Shown here piece after piece: positions 40,248 through 54,646 of a DNA stretch of 64,000 nt; the first letter of the stretch is position 1; every line of letters begins with the position of its first letter. Source of the DNA: Flaccisagitta enflata. Its lineage: Eukaryota. The notes beneath the pieces are model-generated. The model did no database searches. It saw only the letters and a program-made list of their open reading frames with translations, and was not told where the DNA came from. The stretch lies in NCBI GenBank assembly GCA_965153355.1, contig OZ231126.1, positions 3,348,001 through 3,412,000 on the forward strand, in the 5' to 3' direction. Position numbers and translations under genes: made by a program.

Positions 40248-43200
40248 TAGGGGAGTACGAGATTCAGGAGAAAATCACTTCTTTCAAAATATCACCCTTG
40301 CTACCAGATAAACATGTGAGTAGGGCTTAGATAAGATGTTAGAAACTTTTTTCAGCTCGATCGGTTGAAAAAAACCCCTCGGATTGCTTAAAAAATCGAT
40401 TTTTCCATGATTTTTTGCGTTTTTGTCAACTATTTTTAGCAAAAAAATGTTTTAATTTAATTCTTAAGCTATATTTCAACTTTAAAACTAGAAAGTGTGC
40501 CTGAAATAGTAAAAGGACCCTGCCAGTTTAAAAATTGATGAAAAAAAATCAATTTTTCTTAAACAAGGCTGGATACCACATAGTCACACTGTTAGAAAGA
40601 CTTTCCACCCTCACTGGAGTAGGCAAAGCTCATCTTTGGTCAAAAATCCTTGTGCTGATGACAGATCTGGCCAGTGAGAACCATTTTCTTGCTAAAAAAA
40701 TTGCAGAACACTTGCAATTGGATGTTATCCCTTGTATGCTTTGGTGTGTCTTACACACATGTCTTGATTTTGATCGTAACTGTCTGTATTCCACGAGAAC
40801 TTGAAGTCAAACATTGGGCAAGATAAGTTGAAAGCAGCTTTGCACACTATCTCTGACAAAAGTAAGATGAAGAATAACTTAGCAGCATAAACAAAAGACT
40901 GGGCTCTAAAATTTGTTACAATGGAGAATATTTCAAAGCCATGGAACAGAGAAGATGAATTCAGTGAGTTTGAAGAACAAAATGGACACAGAAATGATGC
41001 AATACTGATGAAAGAGGGTCATTTTGGTTGCCAATGCAAAGCATCCCTCAAAGTCCTTGAAATGAAGGATAGTCTTATGGCATATCTGGACCTTGACACA
41101 AAATATCAAAATGAAGTGGCCAAACTCCTTTGTTCCCTGCTTCCTTCCCCTGTAGTTCATTATGAATGGACCGTAGAGGTTCTAGTAGGCTATCATTTAA
41201 TGGAGCCACTTCTTCGCATTCTGTTGGATCAGCAACCTAGACCAACTCATTTGGCTCTTTGAAGTATCCTTCAAAATTTGTACAAACAAATGACGGAACC
41301 AATCCCAGGTTTGAAATTCAGCTCAGTTGAGAGGCATGCTCTTCCAGCTCTTGAGGATGGATTTGGAAAAAAGTACAAACACAAATGGATAGAGTCTTTT
41401 TGCAAGTATCTTGAGCAGTACGATGTCAATAAACTGGAAAGTTCAATGCAAGTCTTGATGAAACAGCTTGCTGCAACTCTGTCCAGGTAACGAGGAATTC
41501 AGTATGAATTTCGTCCAGAATTTCTGGAACTCAGCAAAGAAAGCAGCAGGAACATTGGGAGAGACACACTTCAAGCCTCTGTCAGAAATCTTCACTGAAG
41601 ATCAGCTTAAGACCATCCATGTGGACTACAAAGTTGGAGAAAACTATTTTGGACATCTTTCTCAACAGCTAAGAAGCAAAGGAGGCTCTGCTTTCCAAGC
41701 AATCAGTGACAGACTTGTGCTAAAAACAAGTTCAGATCTTGCCTTTGGTAATGAGGGAGCAAACATGTTGAAGAACAAGGAGCTCAAGGTCAGACAGAAA
41801 GAAATTCATCAAATTGCAACAGATTTTTCAAAGTCTCAAAAAGAGATCATGAAAGCAAAGTTAGCCTTGACAGACAGTGAAGCAGACAAGCTGGCAAGGG
41901 ATATGGCCAAAAATAAACTGTTTTATTTATGTGTGCAAAATGGAACGAAACACAAGTATATTGTACCGCTCTCATCTCAAGCTGAGGTCAAAAAGTGCTA
42001 TGACAGAATCAAAAAGCTGAGTGAGGCAGATCAGTTGGCTCTTCTGCGCCAAGAAGTTAAGTTGAAAAAGGCTTTATTTTCAGAAATGCCAAATGATTTT
42101 GTCTATTTCAAGCAGTACAATATCACAGACAAACAGATGTACAAAAATCTGCATGCTTTGCACACAGTTGACCCATCTGACCAAGAGGTCATTACTGTAG
42201 AGGATGTCTATGTGGCTTCTGAGTCAGTAGGCACTCAGTCTGCCAATAAGCAAGCCAAGAGGTCTAGGGTACCTGTGGAAGAGCCTCTGAGAGACTTCAA
42301 TTAGCCATTACAGGAAGAAGAATTCGTTGTCACATTGCAAGAAGATGGCTGGAACCTTGGTTCTGTGCAATCTTACAATCAGTAACAAGATAGCATTTGT
42401 GTGCAAGCTCTCACTACTCAGAAAACAAAAGCAAAGGATGATCAAAGAAAAACATATTGGATCTATCCCAATGATAAAGTTTTGGATGACTTTGAAAGGA
42501 AACATACTTGAAATCAGGCCTTCAGAAACCTTGGCTAAAAATGTAAAAAGAAAAGATTTGGTTTTTGCCCTTCTCAACCGTGAGATCATTGAGACCATAT
42601 GGGGACAGCTTATTGGCTAAGATGGTTAAAAGTGTCATCTACAGACACAGAACTCTTGGAGAGAGCTTATTAGTTTCAAAATTATTGTGGGAGAATAATC
42701 ATTTGTAGTCATGTCGCATTAGAAAAAAACTGGCGTATGAAATGGTCTCTATCAATGTCCCTCTTCCTGTCCCCCACGCTCTGCTCTCTGATCTTCCCGA
42801 TGATTCATCTCATATAGCATTTCCACATAAGTGCAATTTTTTGACAATCACACCAACTAAAACTCATACTTTTTATTTTTGCTCATCCAAAATGTCTGCT
42901 TGCTCATTAGATCTCTTATTCAAGATTTTTACTCAGTTGTGTTTGATATCAAAGCTTTCTTATGCACATGCAATTTCAATGTCTGAATAACGGTTGATAT
43001 GATTACAGATATGTACATATACTGCAGAAAATATCTGAAATTTTTCTTTCACCTTCTTTCAATTGGTGAGGTTGTGATCAAATCAATTCAGGCTAGAAAA
43101 ACATACTACCACTTGAAATGCTCAAAAATCATACCGTATTTGTATAATATTGACTAATTCTTTTCAAGGACAAAGAAGCTACAGATAATAAATGAAGAAA

Positions 43201-43465
43201 TGTAGAGTCTATGCATTTTGATGCATGTAATAGTTCATGAAAACTTGAGTAAGTAACATATTTTCACTTAAAACCCAATATTTTCACTCAAAAACGCTAT
43301 AAAAATGCTGAAAATATGGCCGTTTTTGTTTTTTGGGCCTTCCGGTGGGTTTTTTTCAAGCCACAGCCTCCAAATTGGTACAAACCCATATATTTTGAGT
43401 CTACTAAGCCAAAAAAAGGGTAGCAAGCTCATTTCGTTTCGGTGACCCATTCTCGTACTCCCTTA
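40248..43465 (+). mobile_element. 3.2-kb hAT-like DNA transposon, copy 1 (defective transposase)
   Basis: Ends TAGGGGAGTACGAGA...TCTCGTACTCCCTTA; CCAATAG duplicated, with one extra T on the left. Fragmented ORF contains LMTD, WCVLH (CxxH) and VGENYFG motifs. Confidence 0.85.
40560..42620 (+). pseudogene. 5'-truncated, multiply stopped or frameshifted DDE transposase of the 3.2-kb element (copies also at ~50548-52608 + and ~57611-59671 -)
   Basis: Consecutive ORF fragments in shifting frames; the lesions are shared by all three copies. Confidence 0.7.
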
Positions 43466-43834
43466 CCAATAGGAGGAGAAATATCTGCATATGTGAAAGC
43501 TTAGGTCATCGGCCCCTTGTGGCCGCTGCCCAAAAACGACTTCAGGAATGACTTAAGGAACGACAATTATGGAGTCGAGGACAAGCATTCTTCATCCAGT
43601 CATAAAATCAGCGACCACGGCATACTTTTTTTGAATACATATTCAATATCTTCTCATTCATCATTATTGCAATCACTGTTGATTGATTGGCATTTGTGTT
43701 TTGATCTAACTCTGTTACTCCTTAACTACCTCTGTACCACAATGGTACTGCCACATCATCTTTCATCTATCCCAGGAATGCAAAAAAGCATCTCAATGAA
43801 GCCAGAAAAAGCAATATATTTAGTAATGGACAAG

Positions 43835-43899
<65 letters not shown>

Positions 43900-44639
43900 A
43901 ATGCCCTGTTTAAAAAGGTTAGGGTATGAATCTTTTCCTTTGCCACGTCGATGATATGCGTTAGCTCAGCTGAGGTGCGAATTCTGGAAAGTAAACATTA
44001 AACAATCACCACAGTTCACCAATCTGAGACTCAACCTCCAAACTTCAAATTGACGATATGAGGATTCGCGAATCGCGATCATAACAGAAATTTGCAACGG
44101 ACTAAAAGGAAATAGTTGTATCTATCTCTACCCCTCAATCAGCGCCCCCCCTGTCCTGAGATCCCCTGCCCAACCTTCCGCAATAATATCGTGACCCCGC
44201 GTCACTTGTTGGGAAAGCTGATGGTCCAAAGTTGGGAGTGGGTAATCGAATCTAAATTCTACACCAAATGATTCAAATGAAAACTGAACAAGGCCGGATA
44301 CACGGCCAATACTAGTCGCGGAAGGGTGGGCAGGGGCGGAAATGCGTGTTTTCACACTTTCCAACTCGACCAACCGACCAATCGACCGACCAACCGACCA
44401 ACCGACCAACCGACCAATCGACCGACGGACGGACGGACGAAGCCTCTGATAGAGTCGCTAGTCCACGACTAAAAAAATCAGTTTTTACTTATCAATATCT
44501 ATAAAAAAGATGATTAATTTTTATGACGAGAACTCTTTATTTGAGCAAGATAGTGCCATGGAAATCATAATAGCATCAAAATGAGTGATGGTTGATTTAC
44601 TGGTACAAATAGATTGAAAAAAAGGTTCAAGCGACTCAG

Positions 44640-45415
44640 CAGGGAGTACCCCGCCAAAAGCCACCAAAGAAAACGTCATATTTCCGCTTCTAGAAATGAT
44701 AATCTAATTCTGAAAAAAGTTCCAGAACGAACTTTCCAACCGATTTTGTCTTATCTAGACTAACAACATTGATTTTGAAAAAATAAACTACACGGAACAA
44801 GTGAGTTACGCCTAATTTTTGAGAAAAATCTTTTTTTTTTTCTACAAAGAACCATCAAGGGTCGCACTCTATTTCACTGTTATTAATTATGAAATTGTGC
44901 CAATTGGCTGTAAATGGTATCCAAATGAAGATATTTTTATGAAAATTTAGTTTCTGAGATGTTTTGTGAGTTTTCCATCATATTTCCATCAAATTTATGC
45001 ATTTTTCACAAGGGTTCATTGAGCACTAATGCTGTTTTTGGCCTTTGATAGTCTTATTTCTGACTATATATGGATTAAAAGCTTGGTCATTTTATGAATT
45101 AATAATCTACTTCAAAATATCTTCGATTCAAGCCTAATTGCGCGGTTGTGGCTCAAAAGGTTAAGAAATTTCATCAAAATTAGTGTAACCACTTCAAAAC
45201 CAGCGAATAAGAAAATGCATGTCTCGCCAACTTTCAAGTTTCTTTCAATGCCAATGGTACATTACAGCTGCAGTTTTGAGTTTGTGCTCACTTATTTTGT
45301 ATCTTATAAAATTGGTTCAAAAATTCTTTTTGGAACTTTTTTCAGAATTGCATTATCGTTTCTAGAAGTGGAAATACGTCGTTTTCTTTGGTGGCACTTT
45401 GTGGGGTATTCCCTG
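44640..45415. mobile_element. MITE with ~100-bp TIRs
   Basis: CAGGGAGTACCCC..CCACCAAAGAAAACG..TTCTAGAAA..AATTCTGAAAAAAGTTCCA is mirrored at 45325-45415. Confidence 0.75.
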
Positions 45416-45689
45416 TAGAACGATCACTTGTATTTTAATGATGGAGATACAGTGCAAAAGCAGAACATCGAACAGAAGTTAGCCTAAATTTTCGAATCCA
45501 CGTCATCAAAGGCAAAGAGGGGAAGAGAGAGACTCCTGGTGCTCTGCCAGTGCTACCTGTTGATCGGCAATGGCTTGTTTTCATACCAGTTTGGATGGAA
45601 AGGGACTTATGAAGGAATGACTGGCTGACTACTCTGACCTCTTTCATTGAGATTATTGAATAATTGCAAAAAGAAGAGATGAATTTCTT

Positions 45690-46870
45690 TTTGACGCCTG
45701 AGAGGGCTGATTTCAGGACTGATAAGGCTAATTTGAGGTCTAGGAGAGCTGATTTAAGGCCTGAGAGGGCTGATTTCAGGCCTGAAAAGGCTAATTCGAG
45801 GTCTAGAAGAACTGATTTTAGGCCTGAGAACGCTAATTTAAGGTCTAGAAGACCTGATTTGAGGCCTGAGAGGGCTGATTTCAGGCCTGAACAGGTCGCC
45901 CAAGGGCAATATGTGGTCAGCGATACCCGTTGCCCTGCTTTGCATGATTGTGTATTGGAGTGAAGGGAAGCAGGGCAGCGGCCCCGAAGGGGACGAAGTC
46001 CTGTAAAACACAGGGGGACTTTCGTTCCTCCTAAGATGGCTGATGGCCTGGGAGGGTAGATTGGTGGCCTGAAATGGCTGATGTGAGGCCTGAGATAGCA
46101 GATTCAAGGCCTGGGCTGAGTTGATGCTTGGAAAGCCTGATAGAGTAGATTTTAGGCCTGAGGGGGCCAATTTCAGGCCTGAGGTGGCCAATTTCAGGCC
46201 TGAGTGGGCCAATTTCAGGTCTGAGGGGGCCAATTTCAGATCTGATAGGGCTGATTTCAGGCCTGAGAGGGCAAATTTTTGGTCTTAGATGGCAGATTTC
46301 AGACATGAGACAGCAGAATTCAGGCCTAAGAGGGCAGATTTCAGGCCTGAGGTGGCAGATTTCAGGCCTAAGGGGGCAGATTTCAGGCCTGAGAGGGCGG
46401 ATTTCAGGCCTGTGAAGCCAGATTTCAGGCCTGAGAGGGCAGATTTCAGGCTTGAGAGGGCAGATTTCAGGCCCGAGAGGGCAGATTTCAGGTCTGAGAG
46501 GCCTAATGGGGGGACAAATGGACGGAAGGACGGAAGGACGGAAGGACGGACGAACGAAAGTCCCCCTGTGTTCTACAGGACTTCGTCCCCTTCGGGGCCG
46601 CTGCCCAAAAGGCGAACTTGAGGTCTAGCAGAGCTGATTTGTGGTCTGAGGGGGATGATAACAGGCCTGAGAAGGCTAATTTTAGGTCTTAATGAACTGA
46701 TTTGAGGTCTGAGAGGGCTGAGTTCAGGCCTGAGAAGGCTAATTCGAGGTCTAGAAGAGCTGATTTGAGGCCTGAGAGGGCTGAATTCAGGCTCTGGGGG
46801 GCACAAATAAACTGAGAAATTGCCCTATATGGAATCATAGGTCATTGGCTCCTCCGGGGCCGCTGCCCAG
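45690..46870. repeat. Nested repeats with 21-bp GAGAGGGCWGATTTCAGGCCT tandem units (same broad family as the Transib host repeat)
   Basis: Tandem 21-mers bounded by GGGCAGCGGCCCC..GGGGCCGCTGCCC inverted arms. Confidence 0.7.
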
Positions 46871-47305
46871 AAAGAGGAAAAAAATTTAAAGAAAAATGTT
46901 TTGGCCCCAATGTAAATCAAGGCCGCTTAGGGAATGGTTTGCAAAACCAGGCTCCTAACAAACGATACAAATGCTGAACACTCATTTCAATCACTGAAAA
47001 TTTTTAGTCGCGTGCTACGCGACTCTATAACTCGCTTTGTCGGTCCGTCGGTCCGTTGGTCCGTTGGTCTGTCGATCTGGCGGTCTTTTGCACTTTACTT
47101 TTTTGGGGTTTTCGCGGTCTTTGGCCTCACCGCTCCTTCCCAAATGGAGTGACCTAACATATGGCTCCTGCCCATCCGCACGCGACTAGGGTAGCCGTGT
47201 GTCCGGCCTTGTTTTCTATTTTTGTAAGAGATCAAAGTACTTAGTTAAACGCTTAATTTTCTTCGCCAAATAGAATGTATACATAGAGACTATAAGTAAT
47301 CCATA

Positions 47306-48740
47306 AACAAGGCCAATACCTATAAGTCGCGTGCAGGACAAAAATAACTGAACTGACCTGACTCCTTATTATATTTTTTTCTCGAAAATCAGACTTAAAC
47401 CAGACCCAAACCAGACCCAAACCAGACCTAAACCAGACCTAAACCAGACCTAAACCGGACATGAACCAGACCTTAACCAGACCTAAACCAGACTTAAACC
47501 AGACTTAAACCAGACTTAAACCAGACTTAAACCAGACTCAAGCCAGACTCAATCCAGACTTAAACCAGACTCAAACCAGACTCAAACCAGACTCAAACCA
47601 GACTCAAACCAGACTCAAACCAGACTTAAACCAGACTAAACCATACATAAACCAGACTTAGACCTGACTTAAACCAGACTTAAACCAGACTTAAACCAGA
47701 CTTAAACCAGACTTAAACCAGACTTAAACCAGACTTAAACCAGACCAAAACCAGACCCAAACCAGCAGACTTAAACCAGCAGACTTAAACCAGCAGACTT
47801 AAACCAGCAGACCTAAACCAGCAGACTTAAACAAGCAGACTTAAACCAGCAGACCTAAACCAGCAGACCTAAACCAGCAGACTTAAACCAGCAGACTTAA
47901 ACCAGCAGACTTAAACCAGCAGACTTAAACCAGCAGACTTAAACCAGCAGAATTAAACCAGCCGACTTAAACCAGCGGATTTAAACCAGCAGACTTAAAC
48001 CAGCAGACTTAACCAGCAGACCTAAATCAGCCAACTCAAACCAGCCGACCTAAACCAGCCAACTCAAACCAGCAGACTTAAACCAGCAGACTTAAAGCAG
48101 CAGACTTGAACCAGCAGACTTAAACCAGCAGACTTAAACCAGCAGACTTAAACCAGCAGACCTAAACCAGCAGACTTAAACCAGCAGACTTAAACCAGCA
48201 GACTTATACCAGCAGACTTAAAAATGATCAAAAATGACCAAAATGACCAAAATGATCAAAAATGACCAAAAATGACCAAAAATGACCAAAAATGACCAAA
48301 AATGATCAAAAATGACCAAAAATTACCAAAAATGACCAAAAATGACCGAAATGACCGAAATGACTGAAATGACCGAAATGACCGAAATGAACGAAATGAC
48401 CGAAATGACCAGAAATGACCAAAAATGACCAAAAATGACCAAAAATGACCAAAAATGATCAAAAATGATCAAAAATGATTAAAAATGACCAAAATGACCA
48501 AAATGGCCAAAATGACCGAAATGACCAAAATGACCAAAAAATGACCAAAAATGACCAAAAATGATAAAAAATAACCAAAAACAAACAATAATTCTCAAAC
48601 ACACCAAAAAAATGATTCAAAATAACTCCAGACGACCCAAAACAACAAAAAACGACGCAAAAAAGCAAAGTGTTACGGACGGACCGACGGACCGACGGAC
48701 CGACGGAGCGGGTTGTAGAGTCGCGTGCACGCGACTAAAA
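47306..48740. repeat. DINE/Helentron-like repeat containing compound minisatellites (11-bp AAACCAGACTT, 14-bp AAACCAGCAGACTT, 10-bp AAAAATGACC)
   Basis: AACAAGGCC start, GACG microsatellite, terminal palindrome GTCGCGTGCACGCGAC followed by TAAAA. Confidence 0.7.
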
Positions 48741-50235
48741 AAACACCCTTTTCATTGCATTGTGGAATGACAGTTTGGTTGGTAGGGCACTGCAATTGAG
48801 TTCAATTTTCTCTTTTCAGAGTCACAGGTTCGGGCCTGGAGAGATGTTGGACTTTTATATGTCATTGATCAGCAGTCACAGTTAGAGTTAACAGGGTGAG
48901 CAAAAATTTCGTACTTGTCATCAAATCCAAAGAGAAGACACCAAAAACTGAAGATACCCTGCTTTGATTTGTCTAAAAGCACATAACCTACCATTTGTTC
49001 ATGCAAAATTTAATTGTAGTAGCTTCAGCAGTTTGGCTTCCACACAATTTTGAGTAAAAATGTTGTGAGCCCCATGAAAGGCTCCTAATGAAATTAATAG
49101 CTAGAGTTCCATAACTTAAAAACACTGTTATTTCCTTATAAATCTGATGAAAATATCCAGATTGGTCCTAAAACATAGATATTAATCTAGATTTATGTAT
49201 CACTAAGGAAAAAAAATCAAATTTGAGTTATTTATGTGGAAAATCCAATTTTTCCTCTGTTTTTTTTTTTTAAGATCTGACAAGGTTTTTATTCGCGTGA
49301 ACGCGACTCTAGAAGCCGCTATGTCGGTCGGTCGGTCGGTCGGTCGGTCGGTCGGTCTGTCGGTCTGTCCGTAACTTTTTTGAAATATAGGCTTTATAGT
49401 CGTTTTAAAAGTTATTGAAGGTTATTAAAGGTAATTATAGGTAATTTTTGGTAATTATAGGTAATTTTAGGTAATGATAGGTAAATATAGGTATTTTAGT
49501 GATCTGTATCATATAAGTCAGAAAAGTTGTCTGGGACTGTAAATTGAGGTAATTGTAGGAAATATAGGAAATAATGGGTAATTATCGGTGATTATAGATA
49601 ATTTATGGTAATTTAATGTAATTGTAGGTAATTATAGGTATTTACAGGTAGTTGTAGGTAAATGTGGGTAATTATAGGAAGATATAGGTTTTTAGTTATC
49701 TTTATTATCTTTATTACCTTTATTACCTTAATTACCTTAATTACCTTAATTACCTTATCTCTATTACCTTTATTACCTTAATTACCTTAATTATCTTAAT
49801 TACCCTTATTACCACGCGACTAAGGTTTGTTGACCTTGTTTTGTCAAAGAAGGCGTAAATTTCTTTGAAATTTGTAGGAAATCAAAACTGATGCAACATA
49901 GAGGTCAATCACTACCCAATTACAACCAATTGGTTGTTTTAGTTCAATGTTGATAAAACTAACTAATTTTTATTGATGCAAATGGGTTGGAAAAAAAAAT
50001 TTTAAGCAAAATGTCATCAAATTCCATCAAATTTCAAAATCAAGTGGAAGCTTAACTGCTTGAGCCACTGCTACAAAATTTTGCATGAACAAATAGTAGG
50101 TTATGTGCTTTTAGACAAATCCAAGCTGGATTTCTGAATATGAATTCTTTAGACACAATAAAGGTTTTGCTGGTTCCAGTTGCTTTTGAAAGCAGGGTAT
50201 TCTCTCAAACCAGCGATGGCAACGCGATGCATTGA

Positions 50236-53200
50236 TAGGGGAGTACGAGATTCAGGAGAAAATCACTTCTTTCAAAATATCACCCTTGCTACCAGATAAA
50301 CATGTGAGTAGGGCTTAGATAAGATGTTAGAAACTTTTTTCAGCTCGATCGGTTGAAAAAAACCCCTCGGATTGCTTAAAAAATCGATTTTTCCATGATT
50401 TTTTGCGTTTTTGTCAACTATTTTTAGCAAAAAAATGTTTTAATTTAATTCTTAAGCTATATTTCAACTTTAAAACTAGAAAGTGTGCCTGAAATAGTAA
50501 AAGGACCCTGCCAGTTTAAAAATTGATGAAAAAAAATCAATTTTTCTTAAACAAGGCTGGATACCACATAGTCACACTGTTAGAAAGACTTTCCACCCTC
50601 ACTGGAGTAGGCAAAGCTCATCTTTGGTCAAAAATCCTTGTGCTGATGACAGATCTGGCCAGTGAGAACCATTTTCTTGCTAAAAAAATTGCAGAACACT
50701 TGCAATTGGATGTTATCCCTTGTATGCTTTGGTGTGTCTTACACACATGTCTTGATTTTGATCGTAACTGTCTGTATTCCACGAGAACTTGAAGTCAAAC
50801 ATTGGGCAAGATAAGTTGAAAGCAGCTTTGCACACTATCTCTGACAAAAGTAAGATGAAGAATAACTTAGCAGCATAAACAAAAGACTGGGCTCTAAAAT
50901 TTGTTACAATGGAGAATATTTCAAAGCCATGGAACAGAGAAGATGAATTCAGTGAGTTTGAAGAACAAAATGGACACAGAAATGATGCAATACTGATGAA
51001 AGAGGGTCATTTTGGTTGCCAATGCAAAGCATCCCTCAAAGTCCTTGAAATGAAGGATAGTCTTATGGCATATCTGGACCTTGACACAAAATATCAAAAT
51101 GAAGTGGCCAAACTCCTTTGTTCCCTGCTTCCTTCCCCTGTAGTTCATTATGAATGGACCGTAGAGGTTCTAGTAGGCTATCATTTAATGGAGCCACTTC
51201 TTCGCATTCTGTTGGATCAGCAACCTAGACCAACTCATTTGGCTCTTTGAAGTATCCTTCAAAATTTGTACAAACAAATGACGGAACCAATCCCAGGTTT
51301 GAAATTCAGCTCAGTTGAGAGGCATGCTCTTCCAGCTCTTGAGGATGGATTTGGAAAAAAGTACAAACACAAATGGATAGAGTCTTTTTGCAAGTATCTT
51401 GAGCAGTACGATGTCAATAAACTGGAAAGTTCAATGCAAGTCTTGATGAAACAGCTTGCTGCAACTCTGTCCAGGTAACGAGGAATTCAGTATGAATTTC
51501 GTCCAGAATTTCTGGAACTCAGCAAAGAAAGCAGCAGGAACATTGGGAGAGACACACTTCAAGCCTCTGTCAGAAATCTTCACTGAAGATCAGCTTAAGA
51601 CCATCCATGTGGACTACAAAGTTGGAGAAAACTATTTTGGACATCTTTCTCAACAGCTAAGAAGCAAAGGAGGCTCTGCTTTCCAAGCAATCAGTGACAG
51701 ACTTGTGCTAAAAACAAGTTCAGATCTTGCCTTTGGTAATGAGGGAGCAAACATGTTGAAGAACAAGGAGCTCAAGGTCAGACAGAAAGAAATTCATCAA
51801 ATTGCAACAGATTTTTCAAAGTCTCAAAAAGAGATCATGAAAGCAAAGTTAGCCTTGACAGACAGTGAAGCAGACAAGCTGGCAAGGGATATGGCCAAAA
51901 ATAAACTGTTTTATTTATGTGTGCAAAATGGAACGAAACACAAGTATATTGTACCGCTCTCATCTCAAGCTGAGGTCAAAAAGTGCTATGACAGAATCAA
52001 AAAGCTGAGTGAGGCAGATCAGTTGGCTCTTCTGCGCCAAGAAGTTAAGTTGAAAAAGGCTTTATTTTCAGAAATGCCAAATGATTTTGTCTATTTCAAG
52101 CAGTACAATATCACAGACAAACAGATGTACAAAAATCTGCATGCTTTGCACACAGTTGACCCATCTGACCAAGAGGTCATTACTGTAGAGGATGTCTATG
52201 TGGCTTCTGAGTCAGTAGGCACTCAGTCTGCCAATAAGCAAGCCAAGAGGTCTAGGGTACCTGTGGAAGAGCCTCTGAGAGACTTCAATTAGCCATTACA
52301 GGAAGAAGAATTCGTTGTCACATTGCAAGAAGATGGCTGGAACCTTGGTTCTGTGCAATCTTACAATCAGTAACAAGATAGCATTTGTGTGCAAGCTCTC
52401 ACTACTCAGAAAACAAAAGCAAAGGATGATCAAAGAAAAACATATTGGATCTATCCCAATGATAAAGTTTTGGATGACTTTGAAAGGAAACATACTTGAA
52501 ATCAGGCCTTCAGAAACCTTGGCTAAAAATGTAAAAAGAAAAGATTTGGTTTTTGCCCTTCTCAACCGTGAGATCATTGAGGCCATGTGGGGACAACTTA
52601 TTGGCTAAGATGGTTAAAAGTGTCATCTACAGACACAAAACTCTTGGAGAGAGCTTATGAGTTTCAAAATCATTGTGGGAGAACAATCATTTGTAGTCAT
52701 GTTGCATTAGAAAAAAACTGGCGTATGAAATGGTCTCTATCAATGTCCCTCTTCCTGTCCCCCACGCTCTGCTCTCTGATCTTCCCAATGATTCATTTCA
52801 TAGAGCATTTCCACATAGGTGCAATTTTTTGACAATCACACCAAGTATAACTCATACTTTTTATTTTTGCTCATCCAAATTGTCTGCTTGCTCATTGGAT
52901 CTCTTATTCAAGATTTTTACTCAGTTGTGTTTGATATCAAAGTTTTTTTTTATGTACATGCAATTTCAATGTCTGAATAACAGTTGATATGATTACAGAT
53001 ATGTACATATACTGCAGAAAATATCTGAAAATATCTGAACTTTTTCTTTCACGTTCTTTCAATTGGTGAGGTTGTGATCAAATCAATTCAGGTTAGAAAA
53101 ACATACTACCACTTGAAACGCTTAAAAATCATACCGTATTTGTATAATATTGACTAATTCTTTTCAAGGACAAAGAAGCTACAGATAATAAATGAAAAAA

Positions 53201-53465
53201 TGTAGAGTCTATGCATTTTGATGCATGTAATAGTTCATGAAAACTTGAGTAAGTAACATATTTTCACTTAAAACCCAATATTTTCACTCAAAAACGCTAT
53301 AAAAATGCTGAAAATATGGCCGTTTTTGTTTTTTGGGCCTTCCGGTGGGTTTTTTTCAAGCCACAGCCTCCAAATTGGTACAAACCCATATATTTTGAGT
53401 CTACTAAGCCAAAAAAAGGGTAGCAAGCTCATTTCGTTTCGGTGACCCATTCTCGTACTCCCTTA
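50236..53465 (+). mobile_element. 3.2-kb hAT-like DNA transposon, copy 2
   Basis: Same TIRs; exact 7-bp TSD GCATTGA (50229-50235, 53466-53472). Confidence 0.88.
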
Positions 53466-53635
53466 GCATTGAGACCGATTATGAGTCCGCGTACATTACT
53501 GCATGAGCGAGTTAGATTACGCTTATGATTCCATCTATCTTTGACCACGTACAATTAAGATTACGAGTACACAACGAGTACAACTCAATTTACTAGTCCT
53601 CTTGCGTAGTAAAGCCAATTTTGGTCAAATTCAAC

Positions 53636-54447
<812 letters not shown>

Positions 54448-54575
54448 ATTGGATGTTTTGCGTGATTTTTTACCTTAGCATATTACCAAGCAAGCAAACA
54501 ACTGATCAACCTAGTGATGAGTGTGGACGCTCATAAGTTGCATCAAAGGGGAAGGGCCGTTTCTGTCATTTGGGC

Positions 54576-54646
<71 letters not shown>

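Noticed and set aside
41468-42304. Functional 278-aa protein
   Set aside because: It is a frameshifted fragment of the defective transposase, and its apparent N-terminus comes from the wrong frame.
47390-48570. CRISPR-like or coding repeat array
   Set aside because: Head-to-tail minisatellite with no unique spacers, in a eukaryotic context.
40248-53465. 10-kb segmental or tandem duplication, suggested by the ~10,000-bp offset of the ORF sets
   Set aside because: Similarity stops exactly at the TIRs and each copy has its own TSD.
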